Notes under the pieces: generated by a model
The model's input: the letters and a program-made list of their open reading frames with translations, nothing else
Database searches by the model: none
What the model was told of the DNA's origin: nothing
Source: Minisyncoccia bacterium
GTDB taxonomy: Bacteria; Patescibacteriota; Minisyncoccia; Phycocordibacterales; CAJBRS01
Assembly: GCA_038215155.1 (NCBI GenBank)
Contig: JBBQRF010000003.1
Location: forward strand, 65,904 to 129,903
Length of the DNA: 64,000 nucleotides
Direction of reading: 5' to 3'
Position numbers and translations under genes: made by a program
Part shown: piece by piece, positions 39,596-49,244 of the stretch
How the letters are laid out: the number at the start of each line of letters is the position of its first letter
Numbering within the stretch: the stretch's first letter is position 1

Positions 39596-39679
39596 TGCTG
39601 GGGAGAGGACTTGAACCTCCATGAACTTGCGTTCGCTAGCTCCTAAGGCTAGTGCGTCTGCCAATTTCGCCACCCCAGC
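39596..39679 (-). tRNA. tRNA-Leu(TAG)
   Basis: GCTGGGG/CCCCAGC-A, CTAGC-CTTAGGA-GCTAG, long variable arm. Confidence 0.95.
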
Positions 39680-39746
39680 GTGTATGTAGTTGATGTGTTG
39701 GACCCGCTTTAAAAAAATCAAAATAAATTGATTTTTTTAAAGCGGG

Positions 39747-39819
39747 TCCACCCAGTAGGAATCGAACCTACGACCAACCGCTTAAGAGGCGGATGCTCTA
39801 CCAACTGAGCTATGGGTGG
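39747..39819 (-). tRNA. tRNA-Lys(CTT)
   Basis: CCACCCA/TGGGTGG-A, CCGC-CTCTTAA-GCGG, GGTTCGATTCC. Confidence 0.92.
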
Positions 39820-39833
39820 GAATAATATTATGT

Positions 39834-39912
39834 GGTCACGAATCACTAAGTCTGCTCATTCGCTTCTAATTATAGCGAATTGCGCGGACTAAGTGTTCGC
39901 GACCCCGCCTCG
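39834..39912 (-). repeat. Palindromic repeat family B, downstream of tRNA-Leu(TAA)
   Basis: GGTCACGAA...TTCGCGACCCCGCCTCG with nested hairpin. Confidence 0.65.
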
Positions 39913-39993
39913 TCTGTCTCGCAAAACCTCGACATGACTGCGGCCGGCACAAGTCCGCGAAAAATGCAAAGCAGTTTGCATTTTTCTGGCTTG

Positions 39994-40075
39994 TGCCCGA
40001 GGTGGGAATCGAACCCACATCCCTTGCGAGACACGATTTTAAGTCGTGCGCGTATACCAGTTCCGCCACTCGGGC
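39994..40075 (-). tRNA. tRNA-Leu(TAA)
   Basis: GCCCGAG/CTCGGGC-A, CACGA-CTTAAAA-TCGTG. Confidence 0.95.
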
Positions 40076-40084
40076 ATATTAGCT

Positions 40085-40158
40085 TAAAGTCCGTAAAGTC
40101 CGTAAAGTCCGTAAAGTCCGTAAAGATTCTGCTTTATAGACTTTATAGACCTTATGAC
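40085..40158. repeat. 9-bp tandem repeat with degenerate inverted counterpart
   Basis: (TAAAGTCCG)x4 plus TAAAG, then CTTTATAGA x2 and CCTTATGA. Confidence 0.85.
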
Positions 40159-40174
40159 TTTTTCGACTATCATG

Positions 40175-40246
40175 AGGCGTAGACCGGAATCGAACCGGTG
40201 TATAAAGATTTTGCAGATCTTTGCCTTACCACTTGGCTACTACGCC
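40175..40246 (-). tRNA. tRNA-Cys(GCA)
   Basis: GGCGTAG/CTACGCC-T (U73), AAGAT-CTGCAAA-ATCTT. Confidence 0.95.
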
Positions 40247-40271
40247 GCTTGGCGGACGCCTGCATACTAAT

Positions 40272-40595
40272 TTACAATTTATTTGCTATAGAATCAATTC
40301 GCTGCCGATTTTTTTCACCAAAATCAATTTCAAAATCAAAAAAGGGAAGACGACCGAGCGAGCCTTTTTCCCTTACATAATGTTTAAACTCACTTCGATG
40401 TCGTTTCAAAAAATCTAGAACGGCTTTCTCTTTATCATCTGGATAAACCGTGATAAAGATGACGGCCTCTTTATAGTCATCAGAAACCTTGGTACCCGTG
40501 ACAGTCACTAAGGCACTGCCGCTAGATTCGCGTTCGATGAATTCAGAGGCAAGCTGGCGAATTAATTCCTTGATTTTTTCTGTTCTATATGGCAT
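40272..40595 (-). CDS. rbfA: Ribosome-binding factor A
   Basis: R.EKIKELI...VTVT..KVSDD...P...FEID; follows infB. Confidence 0.88.
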   Translation of the reverse strand: MPYRTEKIKELIRQLASEFIERESSGSALVTVTGTKVSDDYKEAVIFITVYPDDKEKAVLDFLKRHRSEFKHYVREKGSLGRLPFFDFEIDFGEKNRQRIDSIANKL

Positions 40596-40614
40596 TTTCT
40601 TCTGACTTCTTTGT

Positions 40615-42114
40615 CTATTTTTTTACAATGACAAAACATTCTATTTTATCTCCCGGGGCGATTTCAATTTTAGATTCAATCATGGCCCCGAATTCCGTAC
40701 CAGCATTTACTTCCTTCGTCTTTGCCTTGGCCTGTTGAAGTTCTTTAATTTTACCCTGGCCAATGATACCCTCACGGCGCAAAATTTTCACATCATCACC
40801 GACAGAAATGACTCCATCTTCCGCGCGTCCTCCAATGACTTGGCGATCTTTCACACGACTGAAGAGCCGCAATATTTTTGCCACTCCTTTTTTTTCCTCC
40901 ACTTCTTCTTGGGGAGTTCTTTCTTTAATCACCCCTTCAAGCCATTCTTGAAGTTTGTAAATAATATTGAAAGTATGAATTTCTACTTCCAATCGTTCCG
41001 CCAATTGTTTAGTGGCTCCCGAAATTCTAGTTTCAAAACCAACGATTAAAGTACCCGGCTTACCGCTAGCAATCTTAACGTCGTCATCATTAACATCCCC
41101 AATGGCTTTGTAAAGTGTGCTCAATTCTACTTTATCGGTTTCTAACTTGGCTAATTCAAATTCAATAGCTTCAATAATGCCAGAAGTATTGGCCTTGATA
41201 ATAATGGGAATAATGTATTTATTTGAAACGATCTTTTCCGTCGCCTGTTTTTGTTCGGTGGATTTTTTATTTTCCAAAAATTTCTCTGCTTCTTTTTTAG
41301 AATGGAAAGAATAAAAGGGAGCACCGACTTCTGGGATACTATCAAAACCAATAACCTTGATTGGCGAGGAGAAAGTCGCTTCAGTCAGGCGCTTGCCCGA
41401 ATAATCTTCCAAGAGGCGAGTCGGCGCGAGGCTCTTCGCGCCGACTACAAACATGCCACTTTTTAAAGTTCCAGATTTAATTACTAACGTTGCCGAAATG
41501 CCTTTTTCTTTATCACGATTAACTTCTATTATTGTTCCTTCAGCTGGCAGTGATGGATCTGCCTGAAATTCATGAAGCTCAGAAACTAGAAGCATCATAT
41601 CTAGGAGTTCTTGCACCCCTTGGCCAGTTTTGGCAGAAATGGCTACTGAGGGGATATCGCCCCCGAAACCTTCGAGATAAATCTCGTTTTCCATTAAAGA
41701 ATTTCGCGTTCGATCCAGATTGGCACCCTCTTTATCAATTTTATTAATGGCCACAATGACAGGGAGCTTTGCTTCCTGAATACTTTTATAGGCTTCAGTG
41801 GTTTGAGGCTTTACGCCATCTTCAGCTGATACTATTAAGATAGCTAGGTCGGCCACACTCGCTCCACGTCCTCGCAGCCGGGAAAAAGCCTCATGGCCGG
41901 GTGTATCCAAGAAAGTTAAGCGTTTACCATTATGCTCCACCTCATAAGCAGAAAGATTTTGGGTAATGCCCCCCACCTCCTTTTCTGTAACGTTAGTCTT
42001 CCTTATGTAATCAAGCAGAGTGGACTTGCCATGATCAATATGTCCCATTATTACAATAACTGGCGGGCGCTCTATCGTATTAGTAGTTTTATTTAAGACT
42101 TCAGGCATATTCAT
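40615..42114 (-). CDS. infB: Translation initiation factor IF-2 (no N-terminal domain)
   Basis: RPPVIVIMGHIDHGKST, GGITQ, DTPGHEAF, NKID. Confidence 0.95.
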   Translation of the reverse strand: MNMPEVLNKTTNTIERPPVIVIMGHIDHGKSTLLDYIRKTNVTEKEVGGITQNLSAYEVEHNGKRLTFLDTPGHEAFSRLRGRGASVADLAILIVSAEDGVKPQTTEAYKSIQEAKLPVIVAINKIDKEGANLDRTRNSLMENEIYLEGFGGDIPSVAISAKTGQGVQELLDMMLLVSELHEFQADPSLPAEGTIIEVNRDKEKGISATLVIKSGTLKSGMFVVGAKSLAPTRLLEDYSGKRLTEATFSSPIKVIGFDSIPEVGAPFYSFHSKKEAEKFLENKKSTEQKQATEKIVSNKYIIPIIIKANTSGIIEAIEFELAKLETDKVELSTLYKAIGDVNDDDVKIASGKPGTLIVGFETRISGATKQLAERLEVEIHTFNIIYKLQEWLEGVIKERTPQEEVEEKKGVAKILRLFSRVKDRQVIGGRAEDGVISVGDDVKILRREGIIGQGKIKELQQAKAKTKEVNAGTEFGAMIESKIEIAPGDKIECFVIVKK

Positions 42115-42174
42115 ACATTTATACATGGGAAAGTCGGCTTTTGCAAAACAGGAGGACTAGTATATTCTTGAAAA

Positions 42175-43362
42175 GTGAAAAAAAGAATTTATTTAGATTA
42201 TGCTTCCATCACTCCGCTCGATGCACGAGTGTTAGCAGCAATGATGCCTTTTTTAAAAAATGACTTTGCTAATGCCACTTCGCTCTACAAAGAAGGAGTT
42301 CATAATAAAAAAAGAATTGAATTATCTCGCAAACAGATTTCCAATCTATTATCTGCACTTCCGAGCGAAATAATTTTTACTTCTGGTGGCACAGAAGCAA
42401 ATAATTTAGCCATTCTTGGTGTCTTTAAAATGGTTAAGGCACTTCCCGAATATAAAAAGAGAAAACCTCATTTTATTACCACGAACATTGAACACCCTTC
42501 AGTATTGGAAATTTTTCAGCAAATTGAGAAAGAGGGTGGGGAAGTTAGTTACATTTCCGTAGATGATCAAGGTCTTGTATCGGCCCGGGAGATTAGGAAA
42601 GTCTTGAAAAATAATACGGTGCTCATTTCAGTAATGCTTGCTAATAATGAAATTGGCACCATTCAACCAATTAAAGAAATTGCAAAGACTATTGGTCACT
42701 TTCGCAAAGAAAAGAAGCATGTTCGCGAGCTTCCGTATTTTCATTCTGACGCTAGCCAAGCAGCTAACTATTTAGAGCTCAATGTTGAGAAATTAGGAAT
42801 TGACCTAATGACAGTTGATGGAAGTAAGATTTACGGGCCGCGAGGAGCCGGAGTGCTTTATGCTCGTCGAGGTAGAAAAATTGAACCGATTATTTTTGGC
42901 GGCGGCCAGGAATCGGGCCGCCGCCCCGGCACGGAAAATGCGGCGGCTATTGTAGGCCTCGCCGTCGCCCTCCAAATTTCTGAAAAGGAAAAAGTAACCG
43001 AAACTAAACGTCTCTCCAATATGCGCGACCACTTAATTAAAAAGGCTTTAAAAATCCCAGGAGTAATATTAAACGGCCATCCCACTTTGCGCCTGCCCAA
43101 TAATATTAATCTTTGTTTTCCTGATCTAGATTCTGAATTTGCCGTACTTCAGTTTGATGCGGCTGGTATTGCCATTTCTTCTGTTACTAGCTGTCGAAAT
43201 CTTTCAGAAGACTCTACTTCATATGTCATTGAAGCTCTCGGTCGCAAAGATTGCGCCAAGAGCTCTCTGCGAATTAGTCTAGGGCGTTTCACTACTAAAA
43301 CAGAAATTGATAAGTGTCTCGAAGTTCTCTATAATGTCATTAATAATGGAGGAATTAACTAA
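42175..43362 (+). CDS. Cysteine desulfurase (IscS/NifS family)
   Basis: YLDYASITP, FTSGGTEANN, NNEIG, SKIYGP.G.G, SSVTSC. Confidence 0.92.
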   Translation: MKKRIYLDYASITPLDARVLAAMMPFLKNDFANATSLYKEGVHNKKRIELSRKQISNLLSALPSEIIFTSGGTEANNLAILGVFKMVKALPEYKKRKPHFITTNIEHPSVLEIFQQIEKEGGEVSYISVDDQGLVSAREIRKVLKNNTVLISVMLANNEIGTIQPIKEIAKTIGHFRKEKKHVRELPYFHSDASQAANYLELNVEKLGIDLMTVDGSKIYGPRGAGVLYARRGRKIEPIIFGGGQESGRRPGTENAAAIVGLAVALQISEKEKVTETKRLSNMRDHLIKKALKIPGVILNGHPTLRLPNNINLCFPDLDSEFAVLQFDAAGIAISSVTSCRNLSEDSTSYVIEALGRKDCAKSSLRISLGRFTTKTEIDKCLEVLYNVINNGGIN

Positions 43363-44155
43363 AACTCAAATTGTCCTCCTCACTCTTTTAGTAAGTTTTG
43401 TCACTTCTATTGCCACCGGCATTGTGACGGTTGCCCTAGTAGATCAATCTTCTCAAGGAGTAGGACAAACTATTCAAACTGTAGTTGAGAAAACTATTCA
43501 AACGGTTATCCCCGGCACTAAGGCCACGAGCACCGACACAGTGAAAGTTGCTTCGCCCGGAGCAATTATTCCTACTCCATCTGTTTCTGAAAGTGATTTA
43601 ATGGTATCGGCCGTTTCAAGAGCAGCGCCGGCTTTAGTGCGCATCAAACAAATTAATACAGAACCAGCGTATGGTTTTGTTGGACTAGGTTTAATTGTCT
43701 CGCCCAAAGGGCTGGTCATCGCCGATAAAAGTCTGAACGAATCGGTGAATGCTAGTTATTGGGCGGTTTTTCCGGATGGAAAAACCGCCACTCTCACTCG
43801 AGCCACTCTAAATGGCTCAAGTACTTCTGTCGCCCTCTTTAGCATCGGTACTTCAACCGGAGTAAAATTAACATCCGCCGTCTTCGGAGATTCCAGCAAG
43901 CTTGCTCTCGGTCAGAAAATCCTAGCCATAAGTGGCGCGGATAGAAATACGGTTATAACGGGCATAATTTCTAGCTTTGATAAAAATGACTCATCACCCA
44001 CCTATATTAAACCTGATTTCAAAGTAACTGATTTGGTCTACGGCTCTATCTTGTTAAATCTCAACGGCGAGATTGTCGGTATAAAACTCGGAAAGAGCGG
44101 ATGGGACAATGCTTTCTTTTCATCTAATAGTTTAAAAATTGAACTAGGTATTTAA
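43346..44155 (+). CDS. Membrane-anchored trypsin/HtrA-like protein, catalytic triad apparently absent
   Basis: LLVSFVTSIATGI, G.GLIVS..G, FGDSSKL.LGQ, LLNLNGEIVGI. Confidence 0.7.
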   Translation: MEELTKTQIVLLTLLVSFVTSIATGIVTVALVDQSSQGVGQTIQTVVEKTIQTVIPGTKATSTDTVKVASPGAIIPTPSVSESDLMVSAVSRAAPALVRIKQINTEPAYGFVGLGLIVSPKGLVIADKSLNESVNASYWAVFPDGKTATLTRATLNGSSTSVALFSIGTSTGVKLTSAVFGDSSKLALGQKILAISGADRNTVITGIISSFDKNDSSPTYIKPDFKVTDLVYGSILLNLNGEIVGIKLGKSGWDNAFFSSNSLKIELGI

Positions 44156-44210
44156 TTAAGGATTGGTCAATTTGACAAGCTCTCTGTTAATTCTATAATG
44201 CCCACATATT

Positions 44211-46895
44211 ATGCCTCCATTTCAAAAATTTACATCAAAAGCTCAAGAAGCAATTAAACGTGCTCATGAATTGGCAGTGGAACGCGGACAGAATCATGTC
44301 AATCCACTTCACCTCTTAGCCGCTCTCATTCTTCAGGAAGAGAGTATGGTTGCTTCCATTTTGGATCGATTAGAGATTGATTCTAACTCGTTAACCGACA
44401 CCCTATTAGAATCAATAGAATCTCCGGATACTTCCTCTACATTAGCCCCGTCTTACCAACTTTACCTCACTCCTGAACTTGCCCAAGTAATTGAAAACTC
44501 TAGCAAGGTGGCGGCTTCCCTCAAGGACGATTATGTTTCCACAGAGCATCTTTTTCTGGCTATTTTTGATGTGACCGGACCAGCGCGGGAAACATTGAAC
44601 CGATTTCACTTAAATAAAAATGACATAATAAAGATTATTGATGAGCTTCGCGTTTCTAAATCGCCAGAAACGGCCACTCCTAAAAAATTAAAATCTATTG
44701 CCAAGTTTACTCGCAATCTTACTCAGCTCGCCCGCGAAAATAAATTAGACCCTGTTATTGGTCGCGACGATGAAATTGGCAGAGTCATTCAGATTTTGTC
44801 CCGTCGCACTAAAAACAATCCAATTCTGATTGGTGAAGCGGGAGTAGGGAAGACGGCCATTGTAGAAGGGCTTGCATCGCGAATTGCTAACGGAGATGTG
44901 CCGGAATCTTTGAAAGACAAAGAACTGGTTTCTCTTGATTTAGGAACATTAGTGGCGGGGACGAAATACCGCGGAGAATTTGAAGAGCGATTAAAAAATA
45001 TTTTAAAAGAGATGGAGCGTTCAGATGGCCGCATCATTCTATTCATTGACGAGATTCATACTATTGTGGGGGCGGGAGCGGCCGAAGGATCACTCGACGC
45101 TTCCAATATGTTGAAGCCCGCCCTGGCTCGAGGAGAATTACGAGCTATTGGTGCTACCACCTTTAAAGAGTACCAACGACACATTGAGAAAGACCCCGCT
45201 CTCACTCGACGTTTCCAGCCAGTCTATGTTCAAGAACCCTCAATTGAAGATGCGGTGGCGATCCTGCGTGGCTTGAAAGAGAAATACGAGCTCTATCACG
45301 GTGTTCATATTACCGACGACGCTATCGTTGCGGCGGTCAACCTTTCCAGTCGCTACATTACCGACCGCTTCTTGCCGGACAAAGCGGTGGATCTAATCGA
45401 TGAGTCTGCTTCTCATCTGAAAATCTCTCTTGAAAACAAGCCACCAGTTTTAGAAGAGGCACATCGAAAAATTATGCGTCTAGAGATTGAACGAGAGGCC
45501 CTCAAAAAAGAATCAGCTACTTCTAAAAATGCTCGCGCCCGTATTAAAGTTATTGAAAAAGAAATTGCCGACCTCAAAGAGCAAACTTCCGAAGTGGAAT
45601 TAAAATGGAAAAATGAGAAAGAAATTCTGACCGCTATTAAAGATGTAAAAAAGAAATTGGAAAGCTCGCGTCTCGAGGCGGAGAGCGCCGAGGCGCGAGC
45701 TGACCTGGTTAAGGCGGCGGAAATACGCTACAGCAGTATTCCTAATCTAGAGAAAAACCTAGAAGGAAGTGTTAAGAAATTAAAAAAACTTCAAAGCTCG
45801 CGCCGCATCCTCAAAGAGGAAATCACCGAGAACGATATCGCCGATGTCGTAGCAAAGTGGACAGGAATTCCAGTCGCGCGCATGCTCGAGGCTGAAGCCA
45901 AAAAACTCAATCGAATGGTAGAGGTCCTTGATAAGCGAATTGTCGGTCAAGATGAAGCGGTACAAAAAATTACCGATACCGTTAAACGATCTCGGGCTGG
46001 TATTGCTGATCCTAATCGTCCCATTGGTTCTTTCATCTTCCTCGGGCCAACAGGTGTGGGAAAAACGGAATTAACCAAGGCTTTAGCAGAATTTATGTTT
46101 GATGATGAAAAATCTCTCATTCGAGTAGACATGTCAGAATACATGGAACGACACTCTGTCTCAAAAATTATTGGTGCCCCCGCGGGTTACGTCGGATATG
46201 AAGAAGGAGGACAACTTACTGAACAAGTTCGTCACCGACCATATTCCGTCATTCTTTTTGATGAAATTGAAAAAGCTCATCCCGAAGTATTCAATATTTT
46301 GCTACAAGTTCTAGATAACGGTCACTTAACCGACGCCAAAGGAAGATCAGTTAATTTCAAAAATACAGTTATCATTATGACCTCAAATATCGGCGCACAA
46401 TTTATTGATAGCATGCAAAGACTAGGTTTTGCCACCGGGGATGAAAAGATGGAATACAATAATGTTAAAAGCAAGGTAATGGATAGCTTAAAAGATTATT
46501 TTCGACCAGAATTTCTTAATCGTTTAGACGAGATAATTGTTTTCGATATTCTGGGTGAGAAAAGCATTAAGCAAATTGTGGAGATTGAAATGGGTAGAGT
46601 TAAAGAAAGACTGAAGGCGAAGGAAATTAAATTGGAAGTATCGGAAGAAGTTTGTAGTTATTTGGGCAAGGAGGGCTACAACCCTCGCTATGGCGCCCGA
46701 CCGCTGAAACGCTTAATTCAAAATAAGATTTTAACTCCCGTAGCGTCGCTAATGGTTTCAGAGGGAGTGATGAAGGGGGGTTCAATTTTTGTGGGATTAA
46801 ATAAACAAACTAAAGAGTTTACTTTTGATGTAAAGAAGGGTAGAAAGGGAAGTCTGATATCGGAACGAATAATTGAGAAAGCGGTGAAGGTGTGA
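44211..46895 (+). CDS. clpB: ATP-dependent chaperone ClpB
   Basis: Two Walker A ([16 protein letters not shown]), long M-domain coiled coil, GARPLKR. Confidence 0.92.
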   Translation: MPPFQKFTSKAQEAIKRAHELAVERGQNHVNPLHLLAALILQEESMVASILDRLEIDSNSLTDTLLESIESPDTSSTLAPSYQLYLTPELAQVIENSSKVAASLKDDYVSTEHLFLAIFDVTGPARETLNRFHLNKNDIIKIIDELRVSKSPETATPKKLKSIAKFTRNLTQLARENKLDPVIGRDDEIGRVIQILSRRTKNNPILIGEAGVGKTAIVEGLASRIANGDVPESLKDKELVSLDLGTLVAGTKYRGEFEERLKNILKEMERSDGRIILFIDEIHTIVGAGAAEGSLDASNMLKPALARGELRAIGATTFKEYQRHIEKDPALTRRFQPVYVQEPSIEDAVAILRGLKEKYELYHGVHITDDAIVAAVNLSSRYITDRFLPDKAVDLIDESASHLKISLENKPPVLEEAHRKIMRLEIEREALKKESATSKNARARIKVIEKEIADLKEQTSEVELKWKNEKEILTAIKDVKKKLESSRLEAESAEARADLVKAAEIRYSSIPNLEKNLEGSVKKLKKLQSSRRILKEEITENDIADVVAKWTGIPVARMLEAEAKKLNRMVEVLDKRIVGQDEAVQKITDTVKRSRAGIADPNRPIGSFIFLGPTGVGKTELTKALAEFMFDDEKSLIRVDMSEYMERHSVSKIIGAPAGYVGYEEGGQLTEQVRHRPYSVILFDEIEKAHPEVFNILLQVLDNGHLTDAKGRSVNFKNTVIIMTSNIGAQFIDSMQRLGFATGDEKMEYNNVKSKVMDSLKDYFRPEFLNRLDEIIVFDILGEKSIKQIVEIEMGRVKERLKAKEIKLEVSEEVCSYLGKEGYNPRYGARPLKRLIQNKILTPVASLMVSEGVMKGGSIFVGLNKQTKEFTFDVKKGRKGSLISERIIEKAVKV

Positions 46896-46914
46896 TAAAT
46901 TGGCAGCATACTTT

Positions 46915-47001
46915 GCGCAGGTGGTAGAGCGGTCAATTACAACAGACTGTAAATCTGTCGGCCTATGGCCTACGGGGGTTCGAATCCCTCCCTGCGCACC
47001 A
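46915..47001 (+). tRNA. tRNA-Tyr(GTA)
   Basis: GCGCAGG/CCTGCGC-ACCA, ACAGA-CTGTAAA-TCTGT, long variable arm. Confidence 0.95.
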
Positions 47002-47038
47002 AAGAAAAACCCTAACTTCTGTTAGGGTTTTTCTTTGG
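46999..47038 (+). terminator. Terminator hairpin overlapping the tRNA CCA
   Basis: CCAAAGAAAAACCCTAAC-TTCT-GTTAGGGTTTTTCTTTGG. Confidence 0.75.
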
Positions 47039-47086
47039 CCTCGACTGGGTTAACGGGATTCGAATTAGGTCGAATCTCCTCCACAT

Positions 47087-47422
47087 TTGACACATACTAA
47101 ATAGTGTGCTATTTTCCTTTTTAGATGAATATCAAGATTGTTAAACGTTTCCGATTTATTCGGAACATTTTCACCACAACTAAAAAACCAACCCAGCACG
47201 CTGTCACGGCGCCCTTGCTCCCGAGCCTCGCGTTCTCTGGAGCTCAATCCGGCAATACGCTAGTGAGCGTAACAGCTAGACATACCCCTACGGTGGTGCA
47301 AATCAGCCGGCCAAGGAAAAAAAGACGTTCTCATCAAAATCCGCCTCGCCGAGGAGTTAAAAGTCTCCGGTACGCAGGCTCGTAATTTTATAATAACCCC
47401 GTCGCTTTCGAGCGACGGGGTT
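47087..47422 (+). other. Promoter-to-terminator unit: basic 86-aa ORF (47125-47385) or ncRNA
   Basis: TTGACA-17-TATTTT with TG, terminator AACCCCGTCGC-TTTCGA-GCGACGGGGTT. Confidence 0.5.
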
Positions 47423-47468
47423 GCTTTATTAAAGCCCTTATATTAAGCTATAAATTCAAATTAATTTT

Positions 47469-47624
47469 ATGTCACAAGATAATCTTATTATTCTAAAGCA
47501 CAAGGCAACGGGCGAAGTCTATTGGACGCGCAAGAACAAGCGAAAAGTGGAGCGCAAGATCGAGCTGAAGAAATACAGTAAAAAACTCAAAAAGCACGTC
47601 CTTTTCAAGGAAGCCAAGAAATAG
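47469..47624 (+). CDS. rpmG: 50S ribosomal protein L33 (Cys-free form), not in ORF track
   Basis: MSQDNLIILKHKATGEVYWTRKNKRKVERKIELKKYSKKLKKHVLFKEAKK. Confidence 0.92.
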   Translation: MSQDNLIILKHKATGEVYWTRKNKRKVERKIELKKYSKKLKKHVLFKEAKK

Positions 47625-47651
47625 AAAAATGGCGCCTCCGGCGCCATTTTT
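47625..47651 (+). terminator. rpmG terminator
   Basis: AAAAATGGCGCC-TCC-GGCGCCATTTTT. Confidence 0.8.
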
Positions 47652-47673
47652 CTTAAGGTATAATTAATTCGTA

Positions 47674-47745
47674 GGGCCTATAGTTTCAATGGTAAAACAT
47701 CAGTCTCCAAAACTGAGGTTCTCCGTTCGAGTCGGAGTGGGCCCG
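47674..47745 (+). tRNA. tRNA-Trp(CCA)
   Basis: GGGCCTA/TGGGCCC-G, TCAGT-CTCCAAA-ACTGA; TATAAT just upstream. Confidence 0.93.
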
Positions 47746-48662
47746 CAAAAACAAGGAGCGTTAGCGACTATGCTTTTTGCAGGGTGCCGACGACTCGGTC
47801 GCGGCCCCGCCATCCACCTAATCCTCTTATCTTTCTTAAACCAGGTCATTTGGCGTTGGGCGTAATGCCAGATTTCAGTTTCTAATTTTTCAATCATTTC
47901 TTTTTTAGAAAGTTTCCCCTGCAAATGTTTAGCAAGGTAGCGATACTCGAGCCCTAGCTCATCCATTCTTCTCCACGAGAGGCCATTTTTATGAAGCCTT
48001 TTGGCTTCAGCGATCATGCCGCGCCTCAATCGCAGACGGAGGCGCGCCCTAATTTTCTTTTTTAGGATTTCCTCTTTAACTTTAATACCGATCAGAGTGG
48101 CGGAATATTTTGGTTCACTTTTAATTTTCGGAACACTTCCCAAAGCGGTGGCAATTTCGATCGCCCGGATAAGTCGCCGCGGATTTTGCTGATCAATGAC
48201 GGCAGCTCTTTCGGGATCCAGTCTCTCTAAAATACTATAGAGTTGTGAAACGGAGTTTTGTTTCAGTTTGTTACGAAGTTTCAGATTGGCCGAAACTTCC
48301 GGAAGCACTAGATTGTCCACTACCGCTTGTATATAAAAACCAGTACCTCCACAAACAATTGGAAGCTTTCCCTTGTCAATAATTACGTTAATAGCCTTTT
48401 CGGCTAAGCGTTTGTACTCATCTACCGAAAAGTATTTTTTTGGAAGTGCCACGTCTAATAAATAGTGAGGCACTCCTTGCATTTCTTTTTTTGTAATTTT
48501 TCCTGTGCCGATATCCAAACCTTTATAGATCTGGCGCGAATCAGCTGAGACGATTTCCCCATTTAATCTTTTGGCCAGTTTTACCGCCAAGGTGCTTTTC
48601 CCAGAGGCAGTAGGGCCGACAATAACTAAAATTTTCGGATTAGCAGAATAGGGCTTTTTCAT
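47700..48662 (-). CDS. miaA: tRNA dimethylallyltransferase
   Basis: GPTASGKS, SADSRQIY, GGTGFY, YAQRQMTWF. Confidence 0.95.
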   Translation of the reverse strand: MKKPYSANPKILVIVGPTASGKSTLAVKLAKRLNGEIVSADSRQIYKGLDIGTGKITKKEMQGVPHYLLDVALPKKYFSVDEYKRLAEKAINVIIDKGKLPIVCGGTGFYIQAVVDNLVLPEVSANLKLRNKLKQNSVSQLYSILERLDPERAAVIDQQNPRRLIRAIEIATALGSVPKIKSEPKYSATLIGIKVKEEILKKKIRARLRLRLRRGMIAEAKRLHKNGLSWRRMDELGLEYRYLAKHLQGKLSKKEMIEKLETEIWHYAQRQMTWFKKDKRIRWMAGPRPSRRHPAKSIVANAPCFCGPTPTRTENLSFGD

Positions 48663-48666
48663 TCAG

Positions 48667-49215
48667 TCAATCCTTAACGAGGTTGATTAATGTTATAAAA
48701 TCTTCTGTCATACGCGAAATCCTTATAATATATTTGGGAGTTTTTGTAACTGATATCTTATAAATTTTTGGTACAAAATCTAGATTTTGTACCATGATCA
48801 TCACATCATTAGCAAGATCTTTTATAATTGTTGTAAAATTTACCATTTTATATCCACGGTCATAATATATAGAACCATCTGTTTGGAACAAGCCACGTAA
48901 ACACTCAACTGAGTAATTTCTATTTTCTTTGATCCAATCTGGAACTCTAACATTCTGCATAAACTTTGACCCGTTCTTCGCTTTCCACCCCAAGATGCTT
49001 TCTAGATGATTTGAATAGCAGTAAACATCAAGAGCCTTCGCTTTTCTTCTGGCCACAGATACTTTATTGTCCGGAAGTAATTTCTGAAGCGATTCTCTAA
49101 TCGTTTTAATTAAATTAGGATACCCTAAATCACAAGTAATTCTTAATCTTGTAGCCCTATTATTTGAATTTGATAAATTGCCATCACCAATGGAGAGCCC
49201 AATAACATAGGCCAT
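48667..49215 (-). CDS. Free-standing two-motif LAGLIDADG homing endonuclease-like protein
   Basis: AYVIGLSIGDGNL and CLRGLFQTDGSI; start moved downstream of the tRNA. Confidence 0.85.
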   Translation of the reverse strand: MAYVIGLSIGDGNLSNSNNRATRLRITCDLGYPNLIKTIRESLQKLLPDNKVSVARRKAKALDVYCYSNHLESILGWKAKNGSKFMQNVRVPDWIKENRNYSVECLRGLFQTDGSIYYDRGYKMVNFTTIIKDLANDVMIMVQNLDFVPKIYKISVTKTPKYIIRISRMTEDFITLINLVKD

Positions 49216-49244
49216 TAATTTTAAATCAGTACTTAACCTCTTAG

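Noticed and set aside
39866-40418. Short ORFs including the SVKSVKSVK peptide
   Set aside because: Overlap tRNAs, the 9-bp tandem repeat or rbfA antisense.
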